A stretch of DNA of 64,000 nt from Eledone cirrhosa. Its lineage: Eukaryota. Every line of letters begins with the position of its first letter. Position 1 is the stretch's first letter. Location of the stretch: the NCBI GenBank assembly GCA_964016885.1, contig OZ024745.1, positions 76,136,001 through 76,200,000 of the forward strand, read 5' to 3'. Below are positions 41,270-56,200 of the stretch, piece by piece. The position numbers and the translations under genes were made by a program. The notes under the pieces were generated by a model that was not told the DNA's origin, ran no database searches, and was given only the letters and a program-made list of their open reading frames with translations.

Positions 41270-41395
41270 TATATGTATGTATATATATGTATATATATAT
41301 ATATGTATATATATGTTTGTATGTATATATATATATGTATGTATATATATATATGTATGTATATATATATATGTATGTATATATATATATGTATG

Positions 41396-41429
<34 letters not shown>

Positions 41430-41663
41430 TGTATGTATATATATATATGTATGTATATATATATATATGTGTATGTATATATATATGTGTATGTATATAT
41501 ATATGTATGTATATATATATGTGTATATATATATGTATGTATATATATATATATGTATATGTGTATGTATATATATATGTATGTATATATATATGTATGT
41601 ATATATATATGTAAGTATATATATATGTATGTATATATGTATGTATGTATATATATATGTATG

Positions 41664-41724
<61 letters not shown>

Positions 41725-41851
41725 GTATGTATATATATATATGTATGTATATATGTATATATATATATATATGTATGTATATATATATGTATATATATAT
41801 ATGTATGTATATATATATGTATGTATATATATATGTATGTATATATATATG

Positions 41852-41908
<57 letters not shown>

Positions 41909-41915
41909 CTGTATG

Positions 41916-41946
<31 letters not shown>

Positions 41947-41999
41947 GTATGTATATATATATATATATATATGTATGTATATATATATATATATATATG

Positions 42000-42050
<51 letters not shown>

Positions 42051-42051
42051 G

Positions 42052-42092
<41 letters not shown>

Positions 42093-42097
42093 GTATG

Positions 42098-42130
<33 letters not shown>

Positions 42131-42135
42131 GTATG

Positions 42136-42180
<45 letters not shown>

Positions 42181-42339
42181 GTATGTATGTATATATATAT
42201 ATGTATATGTATGTATATATATATATATATATATATGTATATGTATGTATGTATGTATATATATATGTATATATATGTATGTATATATATATATATATAT
42301 GTATATGTATGTATGTATATATATATATATATATGTATG

Positions 42340-42387
<48 letters not shown>

Positions 42388-42432
42388 TATATATATGTAT
42401 ATATATGTATATATATGTATATATATATATAT
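39896..42432. repeat. ~2.5 kb compound (TA)n/(TATG)n microsatellite
   Basis: Direct inspection; source of the spurious YI/MYV-rich ORFs. Confidence 0.95.
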
Positions 42433-42582
42433 GGTCAGTCAATGGCAACATTGAGGACCGAGTAAGTTAGATCGCAGATATATATATATAAAAGACAGCG
42501 AGAAGCGAAAACCAACCAAACAGTGTGTTCTGTTATAAATTCTGGCAATATTACGCAAATATGACCCTCCCCAAATATAACA
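42433..42582 (+). mobile_element. 5'-truncated copy of the short pLTR-like element
   Basis: GGTCAGTCAATGGCAACATTGAGGACCGA...ATGACCCTCCCCAAATATAACA. Reverse-complement homologue of 36886-37046, flanked by (TA)n on both sides. Confidence 0.7.
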
Positions 42583-44949
<2,367 letters not shown>

Positions 44950-46760
44950 TAACTTTGAATAACTTTGAAATGTTTTGGCCAGTATTGGCCCAGGCCATGT
45001 CTAACTTAATAGCACCACCTGGCGAAGTCTTTCAATTCAGGATTTGGGCACCATGGCCCATTCGAGAAGAGAATTACTGTTTGCGGAGACATATCCGGGT
45101 GTGGGTGGTTTGTCCGGGATTACTTGGAGGAATTTGTCCAAAGACTTCTTGAATTTTGTGTGGTCAGTTTCTGTTTTGACGTGTCCTGGTATGATGTTGA
45201 AGAGAGCAGGGCCGATTGAGGTGAAATAATTGTGCCGTATTGTTGTTATGAGTTGCGATTTAGATTTTTGAATGGGACGGATAGCACTGGGCCCAAGCCT
45301 TGGGTGTATCTTGAAGGCGATGCCAACATCATTTGGGCAGTGATGATGGAACATTTTCCACATCATGCAGATAATATAACGCTCACGGCGACGTTGGAGT
45401 GAGTAAAGTTTCAGGTTTTCTAATCGACCCCAGTAGTCAAGGTCTGACATGCCATCTATCTTTTTCGTGATTGCCCTTTGAGGAGCTTCAAGTTTCATGA
45501 TACTTTGTTTCGTGTGGGGAGACCACAGTGGACAACAGTATTCAAGGTGTGGTCGGGCAAAAGTAGAGAAGAGAAGGATAATGGTGCGGGAATCTCTCGA
45601 CTGGAAGGTTCTGAGGATCCAGGAACACATTCTGCGGGCCATGTCAACTTTGCTGCTTATATGCGTGGTCCAGCTTATGTTGCTGTCCACGGTTACTCCC
45701 AAGTCTCTGATGTTGTTAGATGCCACGAGAGTTTCCCCGGAGGGAAGGGAGTACGGGAGTTTCAGAGCATCCTCTTTTCCAAAGTGGATCAGTTCGAATT
45801 TGTCTTCGTTCAGTAACATGTTGTTCTTTTCTGCCCATTGGGTAACAGCCAGTAGGTCTGACTGAAGGCTTATCCGGTCATCCACGCCATTGATGACCTT
45901 TTGGAGCTTGGAATCATCAGCGAAAATTTTAATGTTGCTGTGTTTGATGATGTCAGTGATGTCATTAATATAGATGATGAAGAGAAGTGGGCCCAACACA
46001 GTGCCTTGTGGGACCCCACTACTGACTTTGGCTGGGCTTGATTTGACTCCCTCAACTACAACATGTTGGGTTCTGTTTGACAGGAAGCTCTTGATCCACT
46101 GCTGCAGCTTTCCAGTGACACCAATATTGGACAGCTTTCTCAGTAGAATGTTATGATCAACCCTGTCAAAGGCCTTGCTGAAATCAAGGTAGATAACATC
46201 AGTGTTGGAACCCTCTCCCAAGGCTCTCAAAATGTCATCAAAGTGATGCAGTAGCTGCGTCAGGCAATCCCTTCCATTACGGAATCCATGCTGGTTGGAG
46301 TTCAGCATATTGTTACTCTCAAGGAAGTGGGTCATTCGCGATCTCACCACTCTCTCAAATACCTTAATGATATGAGAGGTGAGTGAGATTGGACGGTAAT
46401 TCACGGCAAGGGATTTGTTTCCCTTTTTGAAAACTGGGACAACAGACTGGGATAGAAGGTTTTCTGGCACATATCCAGCATCCAGTGAGTTCCGCCACAG
46501 ATTGGCAAGAGGAGATGCAAGTTGGTGTTGACACGCCTTCAAGACACAAGCAGGGAACCTATCGGGACCTACTGCTGAATTATGCTTGATTTCCTTTATT
46601 GCCGCCAAGACATCAGGGGCGCCAAACGTTATGTCTGATAAGGTGTAATGGGGAGTAACATCGCCGATACAGCCCAGATCGGCCATATCAGGATTGCTGA
46701 AAACAGAGCAGTATTGTTTCTGCAGTATCTCACCCATGGTTTTAGCATTGTCTTGAAGAA
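44950..46760 (-). mobile_element. CR1-group LINE (5'-truncated, RT frame intact), 3' tail (TTCAAAGTTA)2
   Basis: ORF 45037-46779 has NYRPISLTS, NQHGFR, YLDFSKAFDRVDH, GVPQGTVLGP, FADD, RDLGV, RPHLEYC and LYSLQRRRER. Tandem 10-mer tail at 44950-44969. Confidence 0.92.
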
Positions 46761-46764
46761 AGTG

Positions 46765-49700
46765 TACTGAAGAAAACAAGTAATGACAGTAGCACAGAAA
46801 TCAGAGAAATAAGAGAAAGTAATAGGATAAAAAGGAAAAGGAGATGGGAGACTAAGGACAAAGAGAATAACCAAGACGAACACACAGACACACAAAATAG
46901 GGTAGATAACAACATTGAGCCAGTGGAAAGAGACAGGAGTAATTATGAGAGACATAGAAACAACCATGAAGCTGAGGCTGCTGGTGGAAATAGAAATAGA
47001 AATAACACAACTAACAATAATAATAGCACTAGTACACATAAAGCAGCAGCCTGGAACTCTCCGTTTTATAACCCCTCCGATAAATCATTCGACCTACGAC
47101 GAGTCCACGCCACGACTTTGCCATTTAACAAACGCACGCAGTTGCCGTCGCAGGTCGATGAACAAACAGAAGCACAATTTAGTATAGCTAAATCCGAACT
47201 TAGAAATATTATAGAGCAGTATAGCAAGAAGCATAATAGAATAGAGGCCCAGCAACTGGGAGAAGAATCTGCAAATGGCTTGCGTAAGCTCATGCAGCGC
47301 TCGCGTAATGGAGAGATAGCATGTTTTCCAACAGACAAGTCTGGCAGAATGTCGGTTGACAGCCTGCCAAACTACATCCAGGCAATGCAACCCCACATCA
47401 CTAACACAAGAGAGGTAACACCACAGGAGCATGAGGATAGAGAAAAAGCCCTCAATGCCCATATGGTGATGTGGACGAATATAATGCAGCCCAACAAAAG
47501 GACTGCCAACAACTTCCAGGCCTGGAACAATGACGTGCCGGCGTTATATGGGCTTTGAAAAGACCATAAAACGGGCTGGGACCCTGTCACGGGACCACCA
47601 ACACGACCAGTCTGTGGGGCTAACATTGCTAGTAACTACAGACTGTCCTACTTCCTCTCCCTGATCATACGCCCCATCATTGAGATGTCCCCAGATGTGT
47701 GTGACAGCACGGAGGACCTCCTCAGCGGAATCGGCGCGGGTAACCGATCTGGGGACCTAACAAACTGCATAATAGGCAGTATGGATGTTGTGTCCCTGTA
47801 TCCATCTATTGACGTGGATTTTGCTGTGGAGAAATGCGTAGAAATGATCAGCGAGAGCAAGGTTGAGTTCCGTGGGATTGATACCAGTGAGCTGGGACTT
47901 CTACTTAAGCTTACCCATAGTAATAGTTACCTAGACACTTATGACCTTAGCAACCTGTGCCCTACAAGACCAGCAAGAGGCAGACCACCTACCATTACCT
48001 CAATGGCCAAGAAAACCCACACAGATAGATGGAACGGGTGGACCAGAGCCATACGGACACCCGAAAACCACGATGAACTGAAGAAAATGATTGCACATGC
48101 AGTAGGGGCCAGCATAAAATTAACCCTTAAGGAACATATGTTCAAATTTAATGGTAAAACATATGCCCAAGAGGAAGGAGCAGCCATTGGTGTTAGCATT
48201 GTAGGCGACATAGCTAACTTATTCATGGTATGGTGGGACAGTAGACTTAAACAAAAACTTAATGAACAATTAGAAGACAGCTTAACCCTGATAATGTACT
48301 CCCGCTACGTAGATGATATAAACATCGTAGTTAAGACACCCCCACTAAAGAACAGTCAGGAACTAGAGAAAAACACAATGGAAAGCATCCAGCAAATAGC
48401 AAACTCCATCCACCAGAGCATTAGAGTTACTATAGACTACCCAAGTAGACACCCCAACCATCGATTACCTGTACTAGACACAGAGCTCTGGTTAGATACC
48501 ATTAACAACCAAAAACAAATCCTCCATTCCCATTATGCCAAACCCATGACTTCCAAACATCTGATCCACCGAAACTCGGCCATTTCGGACCATACCAAAA
48601 TCAACATACTGATTGCGGATTTGGTACGGGTGATGAGAAATGTGTCCCGCATGTGCAACCCCGAAGAACTAGAGAGACACATACAACACTTCATCCACCG
48701 TATGCAGTTCTCTGGCTACAATCAGAGAGATAGAATCAGAGTGTATAAAGGAGCCAGAACCAAATGGGAAAAAATGGTAAATAATGACATAAATGGGACC
48801 TGCCCCTTGTATAGGAGCAAATTTTGGAATAGAATAGAAAGAACTAGGAACAAGGCCAATAGAATAAACTCATGGTATTATAGCAATAAATACCAGAGTG
48901 TAATGTTCATCAATACAACCCCTAGAGGCGAACTAGCCTACAAATTTAGAAGGGCCTTAAATAAACATAATCTCAATATTAAGATAGTAGAAAGACCTGG
49001 TACCTCCGTAAAAACACTTATTAGCAAGACATACCCATTCCAAAGACCCTCATGTATAGATAAGAAATGTATAACCTGTAAAATAAGCCCCCATATTAAC
49101 TGTAAAACTAGAAATGTAGTGTATAGCATAAGATGTACTGAAGGACAATGTAGAAACAAAAATATAGTGTACATAGGTGAGACAGCTCGTAGTATAGGGG
49201 AACGAATAAATGAACACTGGCGAGACCTCCAAGATAATAAAGAATCATCTGTGCTCTACCAACATGCTAAGATAGAACACAGGGGTAGATTAGAGAGCAT
49301 AGAAATAAAAATAGAATCCACGCACAGAAAAGACGCAATGTTTAGGCAAATTACAGAGGCAGTAAGCATAAAAGAATTAAAACCAAAATTAAATAGAAAA
49401 TATGAGTGGAACAGCAACATCACAACTTACAATTAAGGACAAAATGAAAACACACACACACATAGAACAAACAACTTACAATTGAAAACACACACAAAAT
49501 GAAAACACACACAGGACAAAATGAAAACACACACACACATAGAACAAACAACCAACCAACAATAAATAAATAAATAAATAAATAAATAAACAAATAGAAA
49601 AATATAAATAGAAAAATAGAAAAATGAACACAAACACACACAGACACCCGGATGTGGCGCATGCGCAAACTGAGCACACAACACACACACAGAAACAAAA

Positions 49701-49960
49701 TGGCGTAGGATAGAAGAAAGGAAAGGCACAGAAACAAAGAAAGGAATCCCCAGTCACTGAAGAGGTCACAGAGTGTGTGACGAAAGGACTATGACTATAT
49801 ATATAAACAACTATCTGGTTGTGGAACCAACCAACCAACCAGAAATTTATAAGTTTGTAGATTTGTAAATTTATAAATTTATAAATATATAATAAATTGA
49901 AGTGAAAGCAACTGGTGCGTGTGTTTCTTATTGGCAACATGACCCTCCCAAAGTATAACA
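46765..49960 (+). mobile_element. Penelope-like retroelement: RT, Cys linker and C-terminal GIY-YIG endonuclease; 5'-truncated, one in-frame TGA, 3' pLTR region with hammerhead
   Basis: ORFs 46923-47558 and 47685-49436 share a frame, separated only by TGA 47556-47558. Motifs: TDKSG (DKG), LYGL*KDHK, GPPTRPV, SMDVVSLYPSI, RYVDD, LPVLD, CxxxxCxxC, VVYSIRC...YIGETARSIGERINEH. Confidence 0.93.
49752..49796 (+). ncRNA. Minimal type I hammerhead ribozyme motif in the Penelope 3' pLTR
   Basis: AGTCA-CTGAAGA-G-GTCACA(GAGTG)TGTGAC-GAAA-G(GA)C-TA-TGACT. Stem I AGTCA/TGACT, 6-bp stem II, minimal stem III. Predicted cleavage after A49791. Confidence 0.75.
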
Positions 49961-50472
49961 ATATATGTATATATATATATGTATATATATATATGTATAT
50001 ATATGTATATGTATATATATATATGTATATGTATATATATATATGTATATGTATATATGTATATATATGTATATGTATATATATGTATATGTATATATAT
50101 ATATATGTATATATATGTATATGTATATATATATATATGTATATATATATGTATATATATATGTATATATATATGTATATATATATATGTATATATATAT
50201 ATGTATATGTATATATATGTATATATGTATATATATATATGTATATATATATATGTATATGTATATATAATATGTATATATATATGTATATATATATATG
50301 TATATGTATATATATATATGTATATATATATGTATATATGTATATATATATATGTATATATATATATGTATATATGTATATGTATATATATATGTATATA
50401 TGTATATATATATGTATATATATATATATGTATATATATATATGTATATATATATATGTATATATATATATG

Positions 50473-50517
<45 letters not shown>

Positions 50518-51087
50518 GTATATATATATATATGTATATATATATGTATATATGTATATGTATATATATATGTATATGTATATATATATGATATATAATA
50601 TGTATATATATATGTATATATATATATGTATGTAATATATATTTGTATATATATATGTATATATATATATGTATATATATATATGTATATATATATATGT
50701 ATATATATATATGTATATATATGTATATATGTATATATGTATATGTATGTATATATGTATATGTATATATGTATATGTATATGTATATATATATGTATAT
50801 ATATATGTATATATGTATATATGTATATGAATATATATATATGTATATATATATGTATATATGTATATATATATATGTATATATGTATATGTATATATAT
50901 ATGTATATGTATATATATATATGTAATGTATATATGTATATGTATATATATATGTATATAAGTATATGTATATATATATGTATATATATTTATATATGTA
51001 TATATATATGTATATATATATGTATATATATATGTATATATATATGTATATATATATGTATATATATATGTATATATATATGTATAA

Positions 51088-51122
<35 letters not shown>

Positions 51123-51175
51123 ATGTATATGTATATATGTATATATATATGTATATATATGTGTATATTTATATG

Positions 51176-51206
<31 letters not shown>

Positions 51207-51471
51207 GTATATATATGTGTATATGTATATATATATGTATATATATATATATGTGTATATATATATGTGTATATATATATGTGTATATATATATAAATTA
51301 TATATGTATCTATATATATATGTATATATATATATACATGTATATATATATATATAGTATATGTATATATATATATATATATATGTTATATATATATATT
51401 ATGTATATATATATATATATGTATATATATATGTATATATTATGTATATGTATATATGTATATTATATATG

Positions 51472-51504
<33 letters not shown>

Positions 51505-51850
51505 GTATATATATATAATATTATGATTTATATATATATGTAAATATATAAAAATATATATATATATGTATATGTATATATGTATATAGTATATATGTAT
51601 ATATTATATTATGTATATATATATATATGTATATATATATATAGTATATATGTATATATGTATTATATGTATATTATGATATATGTATATATGTATATAT
51701 ATATGTATATATATAAGTATATATATATATGTATATATGTATATATATGTATATATGTATATATGTATATGTATGTATATATGTATATGTATATATGTAT
51801 ATGTATATGTATATATATATATGTATATATATATGTATATATGTATATGT
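49961..51850. repeat. ~1.9 kb (TA)nTG microsatellite
   Basis: Direct inspection. Confidence 0.95.
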
Positions 51851-53004
51851 AATCAAGCATAATTCAGCAGTAGGTCCCGATAGGTTCCCTGCTTGTGTCT
51901 TGAAGGCGTGTCAACACCAACTTGCTTCTCCTCTTGCCAATCTGTGGCGGAACTCACTGATGCTGGATATTGTGCCAGAAAACCTTCTATCCCAGTCTGT
52001 TGTCCCAGTTTTCAAAAAGGGAAACAAATCCCTTGCCGTGAATTACCGTCCAATCTCACTCACCTCTCATATCATTAAGGTATTTGAGCGAGTGGTGAGA
52101 TCGCGAATGACCCACTTCCTTGAGAGTAACAATATGCTGAACTCCAACCAGCATGGATTCCGTAATGGAAGGGATTGCCTGACGCAACTACTGCATCACT
52201 TTGATGACATTTTGAGAGCCTTGGGAGAGGGTTCCAACACTGATGTTATCTACCTTGATTTCAGCAAGGCCTTTGACAGGGTTGATCATAACATTCTACT
52301 GAGAAAGCTGTCCAATATTGGTGTCACTGGAAAGCTGCTGCAGTGGATCAAGAGCTTCCTGTCAAACAGAACCCAACATGTTGTAGTTGAGGGAGTCAAA
52401 TCAAGCCCAGCCAAAGTCAGTAGTGGAGTCCCACAAGGCACTGTGTTGGGCCCACTTCTCTTCATCATCTATATTAATGACATCACTGACATCATCAAAC
52501 ACAGCAACATTAAAATTTTCGCTGATGATTCCAAGCTCCAAAAAGGTCATCAATGGCGTGGATGACCGGATAAGCCTTCAGTCAGACCTACTGGCTGTTA
52601 CCCAATGGGCAGAAAAGAACAACATGTTACTGAACGAAGACAAATTCGAACTGATCCACTTTGGAAAAGAGGATGCTCTGAAACTCCCGTACTCCCTTCC
52701 CTCCGGGGAAACTCGTGGCATCTAACAACATCAGAGACTTGGGAGTAACCGTGGACAGCAACATAAGCTGGACCACGCATATAAGCAGCAAAGTTGACAT
52801 GGCCCGCAGAATGTGTTCCTGGATCCTCAGAACCTTCCAGTCGAGAGATTCCCGCACCATTATCCTTCTCTTCTCTACTTTCGCCCGACCACACCTTGAA
52901 TACTGTTGTCCACTGTGGTCTCCCCACACGAAACAAAGTATCATGAAACTTGAAGCTCCTCAAAGGGCAATCACGAAAAAGATAGATGGCATGTCAGACC
53001 TTGA
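51851..53004 (+). mobile_element. CR1-group LINE, second copy, inverted relative to 44950-46760 and cut off by the gap
   Basis: Near-identical RT ([13 protein letters not shown] ... KKIDGMSDL) with a few 1-nt indels. Confidence 0.92.
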
Positions 53005-53204
53005 NNNNNNNNNNNNNNNNNNNNNNNNNNNNNNNNNNNNNNNNNNNNNNNNNNNNNNNNNNNNNNNNNNNNNNNNNNNNNNNNNNNNNNNNNNNNNNNN
53101 NNNNNNNNNNNNNNNNNNNNNNNNNNNNNNNNNNNNNNNNNNNNNNNNNNNNNNNNNNNNNNNNNNNNNNNNNNNNNNNNNNNNNNNNNNNNNNNNNNNN
53201 NNNN
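53005..53204. other. Assembly gap (200 N)
   Basis: Run of n characters. Confidence 1.
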
Positions 53205-56200
53205 AGTATGTACACGTACATACATATATGTATACCGACGTACAGTAGTATGTATATATATATATACATACATGCACACATATATATATGCACGTATGGA
53301 TTCACCGAACATTTATTATAATGCTCGGTGTGTTTGTAAACAAACATCCCGTATTAAGCCGTAGTGTCTAGCAACCACCGTTGCTCGTTTGTTCAACACT
53401 GACAAAGGAACGCTGTACTAGTTTCAAGCTTGTTAGCTATCGTCAGCAACGTATACCTTCCTGCCAGATTGTTGAACGTATATACTTACCTTATGCATAT
53501 TAACGGCTGAATAGCCCAATATGCATATCGAGTGGGTTAATCGGCCGGGTGCACCGAAAAACGATAAACGGAAAAAATGAAACGATATTTCATTTCCACT
53601 CTTAGTACGGCTGTTACTTAAAATATAAGTATGTTACACGTACATACATATATGTATACCGACGTACAGTAGTAATGTATATATATATATACATACATGC
53701 ACACATATATATATGCACGTATGGATTCACCGAACATTTATTATAATGCTCGGTGTGTTTGTAAACAAACATCCCGTATTAAGCCGTAGTGTCTAGCAAC
53801 CACCGTTGCTCGTTTGTTCAACACTGACAAAGGAACGCTGTACTAGTTTCAAGCTTGTTAGCTATCGTCAGCAACGTATACCTTCCTGCTGATTGTTGAA
53901 CGTATATACTTACCTTATGCATATTAACGGCTGAATAGCCCAATATGGCATATCGAGTGGGTTAATCGGCCGGGTGCACCGAAAACGATAAACGGAAAAA
54001 ATGAAACGATATTTCATTTCCCACTCTTAGTACGGCTGTTACTTAAATATAAGTTGTACACGTACATACATATATGTATACCGACGTACAGTAGTATGTA
54101 TATATATATATACATACATGCACACATATATATATGCACGTATGGATTCACCGAACATTTATTATAATGCTCGGTGTGTTTGTAAACAAACATCCCGTAT
54201 TAAGCCGTAGTGTCTAGCAACCACCGTTGCTCGTTTGTTCAACACTGACAAAGGAACGCTGTACTAGTTTCAAGCTTGTTAGCTGATCGTCAGCAACGTA
54301 TACCTTCCTGCCAGATTGTTGAACGTATATACTTACCTTATGCATATTAACGGCTGAATAGCCCAATATGCCATATCGAGTGGTTAATCGGCCGGGTGCA
54401 CCGAAACGATAAACGGAAAAAATGAAACGATATTTCATTTCCCACTCTTAGTACGGCTGTTACTTAAATATAAGTATGTACACGTACATACATATATGTA
54501 TACCGACGTACAGTAGTATGTATATATATATATACATACATGCACACATATATATATGCACGTATGGATTCACCGAAACATTTATTATAATGCTCGGTGT
54601 GTTTGTAAACAAACATCCCGTATCTAAGCCGTAGTGTCTAGCAACCACCGTTGCTCGTTTGTTCAACACTGACAAAGGAACGCTGTACTAGTTTCAAGCT
54701 TGTTAGCTATCGTCAGCAACGTATACCTTCCTGCCAGATTGTTGAACGTATATACTTACCTTATGCATATTTAACGGCTGAATAGCCCAATATGCATATC
54801 GAGTGGGTTAATCGGCCGGGTGCACCGAAAACGATAAACGGAAAAAATGAAACGATATTTTCATTTCCACTCTTAGTACGGCTGTTACTTAAATATAAGT
54901 ATGTACACGTACATACATATATGTATACCGACGTACAGTAGTATGTATATATATATATACATACATGCACACATATATATGCACGTATGGATTCACCGAA
55001 CATTTATTATAATGCTCGGTGTGTTTGTAAACAAACATCCCGTATTAAGCCGTAGTGTCTAGCAACCACCGTTGCTCGTTTGTTCAACACTGACAAAGGA
55101 ACGCTGTACTAGTTTCAAGCTTGTTAGCTATCGTCAGCAACGTATACCTTCCTGCCAGATTGTTGAACGTATATACTTACCTTATGCATATTAACGGCTG
55201 AATAGCCCAATATGCATATCGAGTGGGTTAATCGGCCGGGTGCACCGAAAACGATAAACGGAAAAAATGAAACGATATTCATTTCCCCACTCTTAGTACG
55301 GCTGTTACTTAAATATAAGTATGTACACGTACATACATATATGTATACCGACGTACAGTAGTATGTATATATATATATACATACATGCACACATATATAT
55401 ATGCACGTATGGATTCACCGAACATTTATTATAATGCTCGGTGTGTTTGTAAACAAACATCCCGTATTAAGCCGTAGTGTCTAGCAAACCACCGTTGCTC
55501 GTTTGTTCAACACTGACAAAGGAACGCTGTACTAGTTTCAAGCTTGTTAGCTATCGTCAGCAACGTATACCTTCCTGGCCAGATTGTTGAACGTATATAC
55601 TTACCTTATGCATATTAACGGCTGAATAGCCCAATATGCATATCGAGTGGGTTAATCGGCCGGGTGGCACCGAAAACGATAAACGGAAAAAATGAAACGA
55701 TATTTCATTTCCCACTCTTAGTACGGCTGTTACTTAAATATAAGTATGTACACGTACATACATATATGTATACCGACGTACAGTAGTATGTATATATATA
55801 TATACATACATGCACACATATATATATGCACGTATGGATTCACCGAACATTTATTATAATGCTCGGTGTGTTTGTAAACAAACATCCCGTATTAAGCCGT
55901 AGTGTCTAGCAACCACCGTTGCTCGTTTGTTCAACACTGACAAAGGAACGCTGTACTAGTTTCAAGCTTGTTAGCTATCGTCAGCAACGTATACCTTCCT
56001 GCCAGATTGTTGAACGTATATACTTACCTTATGCATATTAACGGCTGAATAGCCCAATATGCATATCGAGTGGGTAATCGGCCGGGTGCACCGAAAACGA
56101 TAAACGGAAAAAATTGAACCGATATTTCATTTCCCACTCTTAGTACGGCTGTTACTTAAATATAAGTATGTACACGTACATACATATATGTTACCGACGT

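Noticed and set aside
46923-49436. Penelope ORF as telomerase or a host gene, or as a Naiad/Chlamys element
   Set aside because: RT followed by a C-terminal GIY-YIG and a pLTR hammerhead is canonical PLE architecture; Naiad/Chlamys elements have the endonuclease at the N-terminus.
44950-53004. Inverted CR1 copies as terminal inverted repeats of a composite transposon carrying Penelope
   Set aside because: The copies have different 5' truncation points, the right one is cut by the gap, and no target-site duplication is visible. Independent insertions are more parsimonious.
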